From the NCBI GenBank assembly GCA_049314435.1, contig JBMOFD010000002.1, positions 1 through 54,595 on the forward strand: a DNA stretch of 54,595 nucleotides. Direction: 5' to 3'. A program made the translations under genes and the position numbers. Shown here one piece after another: positions 10,677-20,541 of the stretch (its first letter is position 1; the number at the start of each line of letters is the position of its first letter). This DNA comes from Chlamydiia bacterium (GTDB taxonomy: Bacteria; Chlamydiota; Chlamydiia; Chlamydiales; JBMOFD01). The notes under the pieces are model-generated. The model was not told the DNA's origin, searched no databases, and saw only the letters and a program-made list of their open reading frames with translations.

Positions 10677-11378
10677 CTACCGAGGGACATACAACTTCTG
10701 CACCGACCCGTTAGGTTCTCCGATAAAGACTTCGCTGGTCATGCCCACGAATAGGCCGTGAGCCAGGCAGCCTGGAACCTGCATCACACGCTGGAGAAAG
10801 GGCTGTGGGTCAGGAACGGCTGAGGGTAGCTGAATGTCCACGATCCAGCTTCCGTTGTCCGTGACTGCAGGTCGATGGTCAGCTGTTTTACGTAGGAGAG
10901 GAGCAGCTCCGATCCGGGTGAGTTGTTGCTGAGTGGACGCGGCCCCAAAGGGGAGGATTTCGACGGGTAGACGACGCCCACGGAAGTCCTCCACCATCTT
11001 GGTGTCATCGACGATCACGATAAAGCGGCGACTCATGGCAGCTGCGATCTTCTCGCGCAACAGGGCTCCGCCGCCACCCTTGATGAGGTCGTAGCGCGCA
11101 TCGACCCAATCGGCGCCGTCCACATAGAGATCGAGAGAAGAGGTGGTTGCCTCATCCAGTAGGGGTAGGCCAGCTTGCTCGGCAAGCTGTCGGATGTGCA
11201 GGCTGCTGCAGAGCACTTGCACCTGCGCACCTTGGCGCACTCGCTCGATGAGCGCCTTAAGGAAACAGAGGGAGGTGGAGCCGGTGCCGATTCCGACGGA
11301 CATGCCATCGAGGACCTCTTGAGCGGCCTCCCGCCCAACGAGTTCCTTCATAGCCTGTAGCTGCGATGCAGTGTACAC
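10677..11378 (-). CDS. rpiA: Ribose-5-phosphate isomerase A
   Basis: GIGTGSTS, DGADWVD, IKGGGGALLREKI, LPVEI, TDNG. Confidence 0.97.
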   Translation of the reverse strand: MYTASQLQAMKELVGREAAQEVLDGMSVGIGTGSTSLCFLKALIERVRQGAQVQVLCSSLHIRQLAEQAGLPLLDEATTSSLDLYVDGADWVDARYDLIKGGGGALLREKIAAAMSRRFIVIVDDTKMVEDFRGRRLPVEILPFGAASTQQQLTRIGAAPLLRKTADHRPAVTDNGSWIVDIQLPSAVPDPQPFLQRVMQVPGCLAHGLFVGMTSEVFIGEPNGSVQKLYVPR

Positions 11379-11404
11379 TGGAGCCCTAAGTCTTTGGGGA
11401 TTCT

Positions 11405-12154
11405 ATGCTCACACTACCTCAACTCATAGAGGCCTGCAATGCCCTCTATCCGCCAGTCAATGATTGTGCTCCGCATGGTTTGCAGGTCGCCGGATGTCGA
11501 GAGATCGATAGGGTGGCAGTTGCCGTCACGGCAGACCTTCGGACCATCCAAAGGGCTTCTGAAGAGGGCTGCCAAGCTCTCATCGTCCATCATGGGCTCT
11601 ACTGGGACAAAAGCTCTCCATGCCTGGTTGAGTGGCTGGGTCGCCGTGCCGGAGCTCTAATGCGAACAGGCATCTCACTGCTGGCCTATCATCTGCCGAT
11701 GGATCTGCATCAGGAGGTGGGAAATAACTGGCCGGCAGCCAGGGATCTAGGGTTGGCCCATCTGCAGCCTTTCGGTAGCTGCGGAGCTCATCGACTGGGA
11801 GTGATCGGTGAGGCTGATGAGGCCTCTGTCGGGGAGTGGTTAGCGAAGGTCGGGGAGTACTATGGATCTACGGTGCGCTGGGCAAAAGCCGCCCGTCCTA
11901 AAGTGCGCCGCGTGGCCATCGTCTCAGGAGCAGGTCAGCGATACATCGAAGAAGCTCAGCAGGCGAGGGCTGATCTCCTGATCACGGGGGTGGCTGATGA
12001 GCCGCAATGGCATTTGGCAAAGGAGCTGGATGTACACTTCTTCGCAGTTGGTCACGCCGCTTCGGAGAGAGTAGGACCTAGACGGCTAGCCGACTGGCTG
12101 CAAGAAAGACTTCCTGTGCAGGCCCGCTTTCTGATGGATGACAATCCCTTCTAG
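11405..12154 (+). CDS. Nif3/YbgI-like dinuclear metal-centre protein
   Basis: GLQV, IVHHGLYW, AYHLPMDLH..GNN, GHAASER, C-terminal NPF. Confidence 0.93.
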   Translation: MLTLPQLIEACNALYPPVNDCAPHGLQVAGCREIDRVAVAVTADLRTIQRASEEGCQALIVHHGLYWDKSSPCLVEWLGRRAGALMRTGISLLAYHLPMDLHQEVGNNWPAARDLGLAHLQPFGSCGAHRLGVIGEADEASVGEWLAKVGEYYGSTVRWAKAARPKVRRVAIVSGAGQRYIEEAQQARADLLITGVADEPQWHLAKELDVHFFAVGHAASERVGPRRLADWLQERLPVQARFLMDDNPF

Positions 12155-12172
12155 CCGGCAGGGCCGGCCTTC

Positions 12173-12541
12173 CTACCCATTCGCTTCATTGTGGGAAACA
12201 GGGCCAATACGCACACGTCCGCGTAAGTCAGCTGGAGTTTTACCGAGCTGAGAGAGGCCGCTCTGCAGAGCAGCAGCGTTCTGGATCCTCTCTTTAATGA
12301 TCTCCGCCTCTCTCCGCTGAACAAACCGGGAGGGGGCTTTGGGTTTCAAATCTTTGATCTCGACATGGTCTGCCATGTCGGCCGACCTGCGTTTGCCCAA
12401 CGTTTGTTGAGCGATCTTGGTGGCGCCCTCTTGTTTTAGAAGGGCCTCTGCGTCGGGGGCCTTCTCCTCAAGAGAGTGGAGAAAGGCCTCGATGTGAGGG
12501 CTCATCGGGGCGTAGTGAGGTTTCGATAGAGGATCAGACAT
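12173..12541 (-). CDS. Hypothetical protein, 122 aa, candidate secreted effector
   Basis: The only long ORF in the interval; Pro/Ser-rich N-terminus, hydrophilic. Confidence 0.6.
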   Translation of the reverse strand: MSDPLSKPHYAPMSPHIEAFLHSLEEKAPDAEALLKQEGATKIAQQTLGKRRSADMADHVEIKDLKPKAPSRFVQRREAEIIKERIQNAAALQSGLSQLGKTPADLRGRVRIGPVSHNEANG

Positions 12542-12804
12542 GAGTGAACTACATCCTATTCTTAAAGAGAAGTGAGCCCGGCTGCGTCGGGGCCATGTGG
12601 TTGCGCAGCCTATCGTATTTCACCGCGGGTTGGCAAGTCCCTTAGGATCATGCCATGAGCCGCCCCGCGCAGAAATAGAGGAAAGATTCTCCTGAATAGG
12701 GAGCCAACATGAGTGGCTAGTCTATCCAGTCCGTATTTCCTGGGAGATCTTAACATAACTTCGAGCAAATGGCTATAGGCCACACAAGGTTGCCGGATGA
12801 TCGT

Positions 12805-15474
12805 CTACGACACGTTGGCATCGCTGGTCCCTTTTTGAAAAACTCCAAGCCACGGGTACTTGCGCTTCCATTCGGTCCGCATGTTGTCATGGAAAATGCC
12901 GTAGACAGTTCCCAGGGGCTGCCCTGGATCTAGGGCGGTGTTCAGCTGTCGACGTGCGGTGACGTCGGTATCACAGAATGCCACGACCCATCCGAAGATT
13001 TCATTGAGGCAGTCGGGATGAGGCAGAGACAATGCCTCGAAAGCAGGCGCAACATGGGTTAGAACCCACGAAGTGAGTTTCTCGCGGTCAGGGAGCAAGG
13101 CCCAGCGTGACTTCGTTTTCGTCCGGGTGTCGTTCGTGTATTCAACGTCGATCAGCTTCAGAGAGTCGAACAGGTCAAGCATATCGGGCACCTCGCGACA
13201 CACTGCCTCCATGTTGTGCTGCACAACGTCTACAGACGGCGAAGGGCTCTTCGTGAATGTGAGGCAGTAGAGCAACCCCAAAGCCAGAGGAGCCAACTGG
13301 CCCTGCTCCTCATAATAGAGAGCACCCGCAAGAAGAGGTGCAGTGGCAGGTAGCTCGATCTTGTTGATCAGGGGTTGAAAGATCCTCCACAAGGCGTCTC
13401 CCATAGGGGCGGCCAACGTTCCCTGCGCCATGGCGAACCAATGGTGATAGGGGTCACGCTGCGCAATAGGCAGAAAGGAGTCTCCTCGACTTCTTTGCAG
13501 ACGTTCAAACCCATCGCGAAACAGACGGGTCCCGAGTCGATGTAAGGTCAAGAGGCGAGACAATCGCTCAAAATAGTGTTGACTGGAGGCCTCGTCGAAC
13601 TCGCGGTCTTCCAAAAGCAGCTCAAATTGCTCCATGAAAAGCCTCAACAAGGCCGGAAAAGGGCCCTGCTGGTCATCGGAGGCGTATTGCTTTGCGAAGC
13701 CTGTAAAGGTGGATTCTTGCAGTTGCTGGCGGATGTCCCGCACGGTGCAATCGGCCCACCTGTCCAACAGGCAAAGAGTCAGTGGGGGGAGTAAATCCGG
13801 TCTAAACCTAGTTCCGTAGACTAATGCGCCCATGAGGGCGTCCTTGAAGGACAATAGTATGGCAGGGCGAGCTTCCCTCGGTATGGCAAGAAATGCCTTG
13901 GTGTACTCTGTGCCGAGTGCTTCAGCCTCATTCAGTGCGAATAGGGTCAATTCAAAGGCCTGCGCAACCCGTTCAGACGGGTGCTGAACAGGTTCTGGAT
14001 AGGGAGTCTGCACGCGCTGCCACGCCTTGGTCGACAGGATCCAGTCCAGGCCCAACGGAGCTAGCTCGGTACGGAAGATCTCAAGAAGTTCGGCATCTGC
14101 TTGGCTAAGCCGCGGTTCTATCACTAGTCCGCCGGTGGATAGGAGTTGCAGTAACTCCCGCTGCACCCCAGCGTGGACGCTCGTTAGGTGGCGTGCGCCA
14201 TCCTGTTGTGTAACAAACTCAAGAAGCCTCCCGCACCTAGAAAGGTGACTCTCTAGTCGGTCAGATTGGAAGGAATCCGGCATGTTAGGCCCAAAAGCGC
14301 CGAGAATATGCAAGACATACAAAGCCTTATACAGAAGAGCCTCGTGTAGGAGCGGCTCATCTGCTGGTTGTTGTGAAGAGGGGCCTGTGTCGGCAACCAG
14401 TCCAGAATGGGTATAAGCCTGCGCACCACAGGAGGTCAGTTCGGCGAGAGGGTCCGGTGCACAATCGATCGGGCTCTCGTGGTCCCAACTCTTCCAACTT
14501 TCCGGTGAAGAGCTTCTAGATGAGCTCGAGTCCACGTCGGGCCCACTTGGACCAAGCTTGCCTAGGCGAAGCTCAATATCGATGACTCTCTGTCGAAGCT
14601 CCTTGCCAAAAGGGGTGCCTCTGAAGTTCTCCACGATGATCTGCTGTGTCTTTCGGCTCAAAACACGACTCAGCAGCACGGCAAAGAAAATCCTTCTGGT
14701 TTCATTCTTCTGACAGGGCTTCTCGAGCGATGGGAGCCAGCTTGTCCTTGTCTCAGGCGCGAGAGCCATTTCGAAAAAGGCTCTCGTGATGTGGCTGTCA
14801 TTTGCTGAGAGGAATGCCTCCCATATACTCGACAACCCCATCGGTTCCGTCCGTTGGGGCATGAGTCGGATCAGCGAGTCATAGGGTGCCTCTTCTTTTG
14901 AGAATCGCGACCATGCCTGAACAAAAGCTCCGTCATCGGGGCTTTGTATTAGCGACTCCAGCTCATCATCAGAAGGGCCGGATGCAACTGCTGTTAGTGC
15001 GCCCATCCCTTTGAAAGGCTCTGGAGGAAGCTCAAGAATGCGCGTCTTGGTTGCTTTAAGGAGGTTCTCTAAAGCGCAAAGCTCAGCACCTGGCTGCTGA
15101 AGGGCTCTTGCTAGGGCCCGAAGGCATACAAACGATTGTAGAAGGATGGGAGCTTCCATCATGCCAAAGCGGTCTGGGGAGTCGGACACTACATCTTTGG
15201 GCTTCTCCTCTACGGCCGTGAGTACCTTGAGGCAACGTTCGGCCAGCCCCTTAAGCAGGGCGACCTGCAGCTCGTCATCCCGGCATGGTTCCACCTCCAC
15301 ATCAAGAAGATCCTGAAACAACCATGATACGACTGCGCCTCGTTCATAAAAGGAAGGAGGGGAATCCTGCTGAGTTTGAATGGGCGCTAACTCTTGAGGG
15401 GAGTCGGGCGAAGAAATGCGGCTACATGAAGGCATGGAAACAATAATTGGTATTTTTTGTGAAGAGTTTCTCAT
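12805..15474 (-). CDS. Large helical hypothetical protein, candidate T3SS effector (paralog of 15605..18340)
   Basis: 889-aa ORF with Ser/Pro-rich N-terminus; C-terminal half collinear with the neighbour. Confidence 0.8.
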   Translation of the reverse strand: MRNSSQKIPIIVSMPSCSRISSPDSPQELAPIQTQQDSPPSFYERGAVVSWLFQDLLDVEVEPCRDDELQVALLKGLAERCLKVLTAVEEKPKDVVSDSPDRFGMMEAPILLQSFVCLRALARALQQPGAELCALENLLKATKTRILELPPEPFKGMGALTAVASGPSDDELESLIQSPDDGAFVQAWSRFSKEEAPYDSLIRLMPQRTEPMGLSSIWEAFLSANDSHITRAFFEMALAPETRTSWLPSLEKPCQKNETRRIFFAVLLSRVLSRKTQQIIVENFRGTPFGKELRQRVIDIELRLGKLGPSGPDVDSSSSRSSSPESWKSWDHESPIDCAPDPLAELTSCGAQAYTHSGLVADTGPSSQQPADEPLLHEALLYKALYVLHILGAFGPNMPDSFQSDRLESHLSRCGRLLEFVTQQDGARHLTSVHAGVQRELLQLLSTGGLVIEPRLSQADAELLEIFRTELAPLGLDWILSTKAWQRVQTPYPEPVQHPSERVAQAFELTLFALNEAEALGTEYTKAFLAIPREARPAILLSFKDALMGALVYGTRFRPDLLPPLTLCLLDRWADCTVRDIRQQLQESTFTGFAKQYASDDQQGPFPALLRLFMEQFELLLEDREFDEASSQHYFERLSRLLTLHRLGTRLFRDGFERLQRSRGDSFLPIAQRDPYHHWFAMAQGTLAAPMGDALWRIFQPLINKIELPATAPLLAGALYYEEQGQLAPLALGLLYCLTFTKSPSPSVDVVQHNMEAVCREVPDMLDLFDSLKLIDVEYTNDTRTKTKSRWALLPDREKLTSWVLTHVAPAFEALSLPHPDCLNEIFGWVVAFCDTDVTARRQLNTALDPGQPLGTVYGIFHDNMRTEWKRKYPWLGVFQKGTSDANVS

Positions 15475-15604
15475 GACAAAGCGATGGTGACAAGCAGTGA
15501 ATCCTTGGGAGATTCACCGCCTGGACCGTGAGCCTATGGTGGCCTGGCTAGCGCCGCTTGAGAGGCTCTGGAGCGGTGCCATGCGCTGGGAGGAGCGTAG
15601 CGCG

Positions 15605-18340
15605 TTACGTTGTGGGACGCCCGATGATCCCGGGAAAAGTGAGGGTGGAAACCCACTCATAAAATAGGTGAGTTCCGTTGCTCAGCGATAGCGAGCGCGA
15701 ATGGCTATTGATCTCTGGACTGTCGGACGGAGCAGGGAGGGCCCTCCAGCCTACCTCGAGTTCTTGAGGAACCTGGTAGGGGCAATCCAAAGGCTCGTGC
15801 AGCAGCAGAGTCCTTTGGTAGGCGATGCGGAATAGCGGATCTGCTAGGCAGAATGCCAGACTTTGCTGCAAGAGTGTCGGTGCGCATGTCTCGGGAAGCC
15901 ACTTAAGATGAGAAGTGACTTCGCTCAGTATCCAATTTGTAAGACGAGTCCGGTTGGGAGCGAGCTGAATTAGGCGGCCCACTTTCCCGTTGGGAGGCTG
16001 GATCTGATCCAGCAGGCCTAGCGAGTCGAAGGCGGTGAGGATTGCGGAGTCTTCACCGCACAATGTGGCCGCATTGGCTGTCACGCGGTCTGGGGTGTGA
16101 TCACCAGGGCCTTGTACGAGCTGAAAGAGCAAGGCCATCGACAGGAGGGGCTCCTGATAGCGGCTCAGGACGGGCAACTTTTGCAACTCATTGCGCAAGT
16201 AGACTCCTACGATGAGTGGGAGCCAGAGTCCACACCTTTCTAATGGCAGTTCAGATAGAAGGTACTGGAGGGTGTTCCGCATGACCAGGTCATGGTCTAT
16301 GCCGGGTAAGAAGAGGCCGTGCGTATGTTCAAGGAGCTTATACATGATCTCCAGCCGAGTCTTAAGATCACTCGGCTGTTGGTTCATCCACCCCCTCCAA
16401 GCTGTGTTGAGCGCTTTGAGATGAACAAATGAATTCTGTAAAACGTGAATCCCTTCCTGATGAATGATGAGCAGGTTCCACAGGCGCCCGAAATAGTCCA
16501 AGGAGTCCGCAGTGGTAAGATGAACGGCTGCGAGCTGGTTAAACTGTGACGCGCATAGCCTGACCAACGTGGCAGATGAATCCTCATCGGGCTTAGCGTA
16601 GGACTTCAGAAATTTCAGGAATTCTGCAGTCAGCAGACATGGCGGTAGGGCATCTTTTAGGAGATGAAGAAGGCAGAGACAGAGCGGAGCCAGCAAATGT
16701 TGGTCTTCTACAGGATTACCGCTTAACCGGCTGAAAATCGCCTGATAGAAGGGTTGCGAGGCTATGTCCCGTGTCGGTGCTGGGAGAGCGAGGAAGGTCT
16801 CCAAATACTTCGCCCCGTTCGCCTGCTCCTCCTTGAGTTGTGTGAGGAGCTCAGCACTTGGATCCCAGGTTGTCGGAGATAGAACCCATTCCAAATGAAG
16901 GCAGGCCAGCTCATGCTGCAATGAGGCGAGGCCGCCGATCTCCATCTTTTGAAGTCGATCTATCACCGCACACCTAAGATCTAGAGGATAGAGCGCTAAG
17001 AGGTTACTGCAGACGCCCTGATGGATCTCCGAGACCAAAGAATCATGTCTCTTGAGACTTGCCACACTAGCAAGGCGCTCTTCGAGCTTCATTTGCATGG
17101 CCATGCGGGGTTCATCGAGGATCTCTAAGATGGACGCAATCCCATCAGGGAGGGGCAGGTCCAGGCTGCGTAACGCCCGCCAAGCCTGGTAGGTCGAAGG
17201 TCTAACCATTTCATCAAGGGCCGCTGCCTTGGCCAGTCGTGTGGCGGTCTCCTGTTGCACTCGCTCCGATTCCTTCTTGGCATCCTCCAGGGCCGTAGCT
17301 TGTGCAACCGGATCGTCTCCCGCAACGGCCAGTGCCCAGGCCCCGTCTAGAGATTGCATCCAGAGCGCTTTTGAGCGAGACGGAGTCGATGTTCCATCGC
17401 CGCTGATCCGCACCCGCTGTGTTCGTTTGCTCCCAGAGGGACTGCTGGGGTTGGATGCCTCGCTTCCTGGAGAAGGTACACAGCGAAGCCGGCAACAGGG
17501 CATGAGCCAACGAAAGCAGTGGTGCACAAGAGCTGCGCCAAGCCTCTGACTAAAGAGATGGCTCGGGTTGAGGTGGCGGAATATCGCTGCGCGCTCCTGA
17601 GGGTTTAGCGTCGTCAGCATGGAGGCAAGTCGAGACTCTTGCCAGCTGTTTCCCCCGCAGCCTTTCTCAAGGGCAAGAATCCATTGTTCGACATCTTCAC
17701 GGTTCACAAGCGTAGTCATGAACTGGGTGCTTGTGCTGTGATCCGCATCGGCAAGATAGGTGAAGCAGATGGCGGGCTGAATAGCCGCATCAGCCAGGCT
17801 GATACCCGGTAGCATGCATTGAAGAACCTTTGAGCGTTCCATCTTGGGAACAGCGGCCCATAGCTTATAGAAGGAAGCTTCATTGCCTGTATTTAGGAGC
17901 TCCCTAACAGTTCGACGCCTGTGGTGAACGGATGAAGCAAGACTTGCTCTCAGACAAGATTGGATCTGCGAAGGCTGCGATCCAGAAGGGCCAAAAATTT
18001 CCCGTGTGGTCTGACATACCAGCGCTTCAAGCTCTCGATCCGACGCCCCGTCAGCGCGCTCCTCAAGCATCAGAATGCTGTCCAGGACGCGGTCAACGGT
18101 TGTAGAAGCGGCTGAAGGACCATCCTCCATATCTACAGGACACAATGGGCTTGGTGAATCAGAATCTTCCTCAGACAGATGAGGTGTCAGCGAGAGCCCT
18201 GTTGCTTCCATCGCATAGTCATGTAAAAGCTGGGAGCCCACCGACTCTGTCGGCGTGGGGTCGCTACTCGGCCGTGATGCCTCAGGCGTTATGCAACGGA
18301 ATGGAACAAACGCGGGAGATGATGATGTGCGTATTTGCAT
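15605..18340 (-). CDS. Large helical hypothetical protein, candidate T3SS effector
   Basis: Long ORF. ATG at 18340 (MQIRTSSSPAF) lies downstream of an AT-rich promoter-like block. Confidence 0.8.
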   Translation of the reverse strand: MQIRTSSSPAFVPFRCITPEASRPSSDPTPTESVGSQLLHDYAMEATGLSLTPHLSEEDSDSPSPLCPVDMEDGPSAASTTVDRVLDSILMLEERADGASDRELEALVCQTTREIFGPSGSQPSQIQSCLRASLASSVHHRRRTVRELLNTGNEASFYKLWAAVPKMERSKVLQCMLPGISLADAAIQPAICFTYLADADHSTSTQFMTTLVNREDVEQWILALEKGCGGNSWQESRLASMLTTLNPQERAAIFRHLNPSHLFSQRLGAALVHHCFRWLMPCCRLRCVPSPGSEASNPSSPSGSKRTQRVRISGDGTSTPSRSKALWMQSLDGAWALAVAGDDPVAQATALEDAKKESERVQQETATRLAKAAALDEMVRPSTYQAWRALRSLDLPLPDGIASILEILDEPRMAMQMKLEERLASVASLKRHDSLVSEIHQGVCSNLLALYPLDLRCAVIDRLQKMEIGGLASLQHELACLHLEWVLSPTTWDPSAELLTQLKEEQANGAKYLETFLALPAPTRDIASQPFYQAIFSRLSGNPVEDQHLLAPLCLCLLHLLKDALPPCLLTAEFLKFLKSYAKPDEDSSATLVRLCASQFNQLAAVHLTTADSLDYFGRLWNLLIIHQEGIHVLQNSFVHLKALNTAWRGWMNQQPSDLKTRLEIMYKLLEHTHGLFLPGIDHDLVMRNTLQYLLSELPLERCGLWLPLIVGVYLRNELQKLPVLSRYQEPLLSMALLFQLVQGPGDHTPDRVTANAATLCGEDSAILTAFDSLGLLDQIQPPNGKVGRLIQLAPNRTRLTNWILSEVTSHLKWLPETCAPTLLQQSLAFCLADPLFRIAYQRTLLLHEPLDCPYQVPQELEVGWRALPAPSDSPEINSHSRSLSLSNGTHLFYEWVSTLTFPGIIGRPTT

Positions 18341-18375
18341 GAATAAATAAAGATCTAATAAGTTTATGGGTCGCA

Positions 18376-18406
18376 ATTTTCACGCATTTTGTGTATTTAT
18401 TCAATA
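18376..18406 (-). promoter_or_regulatory. Putative sigma66-type promoter
   Basis: Minus strand TTGAAT-17 nt-GAAAAT within an AT-rich island. Confidence 0.45.
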
Positions 18407-18635
18407 CAATATTAGTTTCCTGCAGTTGGTCGATGGAGCTACAATGCCCGAGTAGCTCAATGTAGAGTCGGATCTCTGCCTGTCCTGGGGCAAGGTCCAC
18501 ACATATCTGTGAGCCGACTTGTAGGGTCGTTTCACCAGCAAATGCTTGCACGCGGATAATACGCGGCCGAGAGTTGTTGAACTGGGCTCTTTCTTGAGCG
18601 GGTCGGCAATGCCAGGATAGGAGAGGGAGTGTCTA

Positions 18636-19538
18636 ATGCGAGCGTTCACCTGGTTTGTGCCTCTTCTCATGGGGTGGATCGCCTCCCTCCCTTTATGGTC
18701 TGAATGTCCCTCCTCTTACCCCTATCTGTCGGGACAGACGTGGCGCCATGCGTGTCCATGGCGCCTCACCCCATCCGATACATTCGATCCAGTGCAGTGT
18801 AGCCGCGGGGATGCGATCTATGTGTCGCATGAACGGATCGATGACTTTCGTAAAGACTATCTGCCCAAGCTCGGAGTGCCGGTCGTTCTCGTGAGCGCTA
18901 ACATCGGCGATCGAGCAGATGAGTCCCTGCCCATGGAGCACATTGATCTTTTGAACGACCCCAGAATAGGGGCTTGGTTTCTACAGAATTGGGACGGTCA
19001 GCCACATGAGAAGATTGTGCCGATTCCCCTAGGATTGGCGAATCGCGACTGGGGTCATGGCTGTATTGAGACGCTCGAACAGGTTTCGAGGCAGTCTGCG
19101 CATAGGATCAAGCAGCCCAAGGTGCTAGTGCAGTTTCAGCCCTCAACGAGTCCGGGGGTCAGGATCCCGGTCTACGAATTCCTCAAGGAGCAACCGTGGG
19201 TCTTTCTGCAGAAGCGGGTGCCTTACCGGCAGTACTTAGAGAACATCACGAGATTCCAGTTCGTGGCTTGCCCGCCAGGAAATGGTCTCGATACACACCG
19301 GTGCTGGGAGACGCTTTACTGCCGGTCAATTCCCATCGTGATCAAGAACAGCCTCTCGTGCCTATATGAGCAACTGCCTGTGCTACAGATTGAAGCGTGG
19401 GAACAGCTAAATGAGCGGTTCTTGGCGCAAGCGCTACACAGGATTCGTGAGCAGCCGGTGGATTGGTCCAGAATTTACGCACCCTATTGGCTTGAAAAGC
19501 TGCACTCTAGACAACGGCAGGTTCGCGAGTCTCAATAG
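18636..19538 (+). CDS. Exostosin-like (GT47-related) glycosyltransferase with N-terminal signal peptide
   Basis: AWFLQN..HEKIVPIPLGLAN and FVACPPGNGLDTHRCWETLY..SIPIV. Confidence 0.75.
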   Translation: MRAFTWFVPLLMGWIASLPLWSECPSSYPYLSGQTWRHACPWRLTPSDTFDPVQCSRGDAIYVSHERIDDFRKDYLPKLGVPVVLVSANIGDRADESLPMEHIDLLNDPRIGAWFLQNWDGQPHEKIVPIPLGLANRDWGHGCIETLEQVSRQSAHRIKQPKVLVQFQPSTSPGVRIPVYEFLKEQPWVFLQKRVPYRQYLENITRFQFVACPPGNGLDTHRCWETLYCRSIPIVIKNSLSCLYEQLPVLQIEAWEQLNERFLAQALHRIREQPVDWSRIYAPYWLEKLHSRQRQVRESQ

Positions 19539-19798
19539 ACTCCCGGGATCCGCTCCGCACCTTGTTGGGAACTCATTCCGCTCGACCCTGTTCTTAGATT
19601 GCAGATGGCAGAAGGCCTTGTTGACCGCTTCATGGACTCGTGAATTCTACGGGGCTATGCATTTGCCCATCCGGCCACCTTTTCCAGGGGCATAGGATCC
19701 ATGGGAAGGGACCTGATAGCGCAATGCCCGGCTGGGTCGAGATCCAGGCCCCCTGCTTCCCGATAAAACGCGGCTTATTCAAAAAATAATAAATCCTT

Positions 19799-19828
19799 TA
19801 TTGAACCAATAAACCCATGAGATAAAAT
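19799..19828 (+). promoter_or_regulatory. Putative sigma66-type promoter
   Basis: TTGAAC-16 nt-TAAAAT in an AT-rich block, with GAGGAG RBS downstream. Confidence 0.5.
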
Positions 19829-19859
19829 AATGTTATAACAAGAGAGAGGAGTTTTGATT

Positions 19860-20294
19860 ATGTGTTCTGCGACTTTCAACTGTGGCGCGCCACAACCCTA
19901 CGCAATGGTCGGAGCGTCCTACCGTGGGCTCACAGACGTCCCAGAGGATGCCGGAACCGTCGAGCGAACCCGCTATTTTGATCTCAACCTGGCCAGCTGT
20001 ATCCCCGTGCTCGGGGCGGCTTTTGCACTCATTGCTGCCTTGGTACACCTCGTGATGGCCGCCGGCCATGCGGTTGCAGGCAATAGAGAGAAGGCCATGT
20101 CCGCACTAAAATGGGCTGGATTTAGGGGCTGCGACGTTCTGACCAACATCGGCATCACCGGTGGTATCGTGGGCATTCTAGCGTACGCGTTGTTCTGTCC
20201 CCAGCGGAAGAAACTGGCTGTCATATCCACCGATGAGTATGGCAGGACAAGGACCGAGACCGTGTCTGGGTATGTAAAAACGACCTACTCCTGA
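19860..20294 (+). CDS. Small membrane protein, Inc-like candidate
   Basis: Two hydrophobic blocks (LASCIPVLGAAFALIAALVHLVMAA; VLTNIGITGGIVGILAYALFC), with its own promoter, RBS and downstream hairpin. Confidence 0.65.
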   Translation: MCSATFNCGAPQPYAMVGASYRGLTDVPEDAGTVERTRYFDLNLASCIPVLGAAFALIAALVHLVMAAGHAVAGNREKAMSALKWAGFRGCDVLTNIGITGGIVGILAYALFCPQRKKLAVISTDEYGRTRTETVSGYVKTTYS

Positions 20295-20325
20295 TCGTAG
20301 ACCCTACTCAATCATGGCTTCCTCA

Positions 20326-20356
20326 AGGGCTGCACGTCGTGCAGCCCTCTATCTTT
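20326..20356 (+). terminator. Putative intrinsic terminator
   Basis: AGGGCTGCAC-GTC-GTGCAGCCCT stem followed by a pyrimidine-rich tail. Confidence 0.55.
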
Positions 20357-20541
20357 CCAATTGAATCCAAGCCTTGTCTAGCCTGTCACAGTTAGTTATA
20401 GAGGCGATTGTCTTCGGCCGGAAACCTTCTGCTAAGGCGTACTATCGCTCAATATGTGCGCAAAGGCACAATCGACCACGTAGGACCCCTCGCATCTGGA
20501 GGGTCTAGAAGCCATTCTGGGCGTCAAATTGTGGTTTGACC

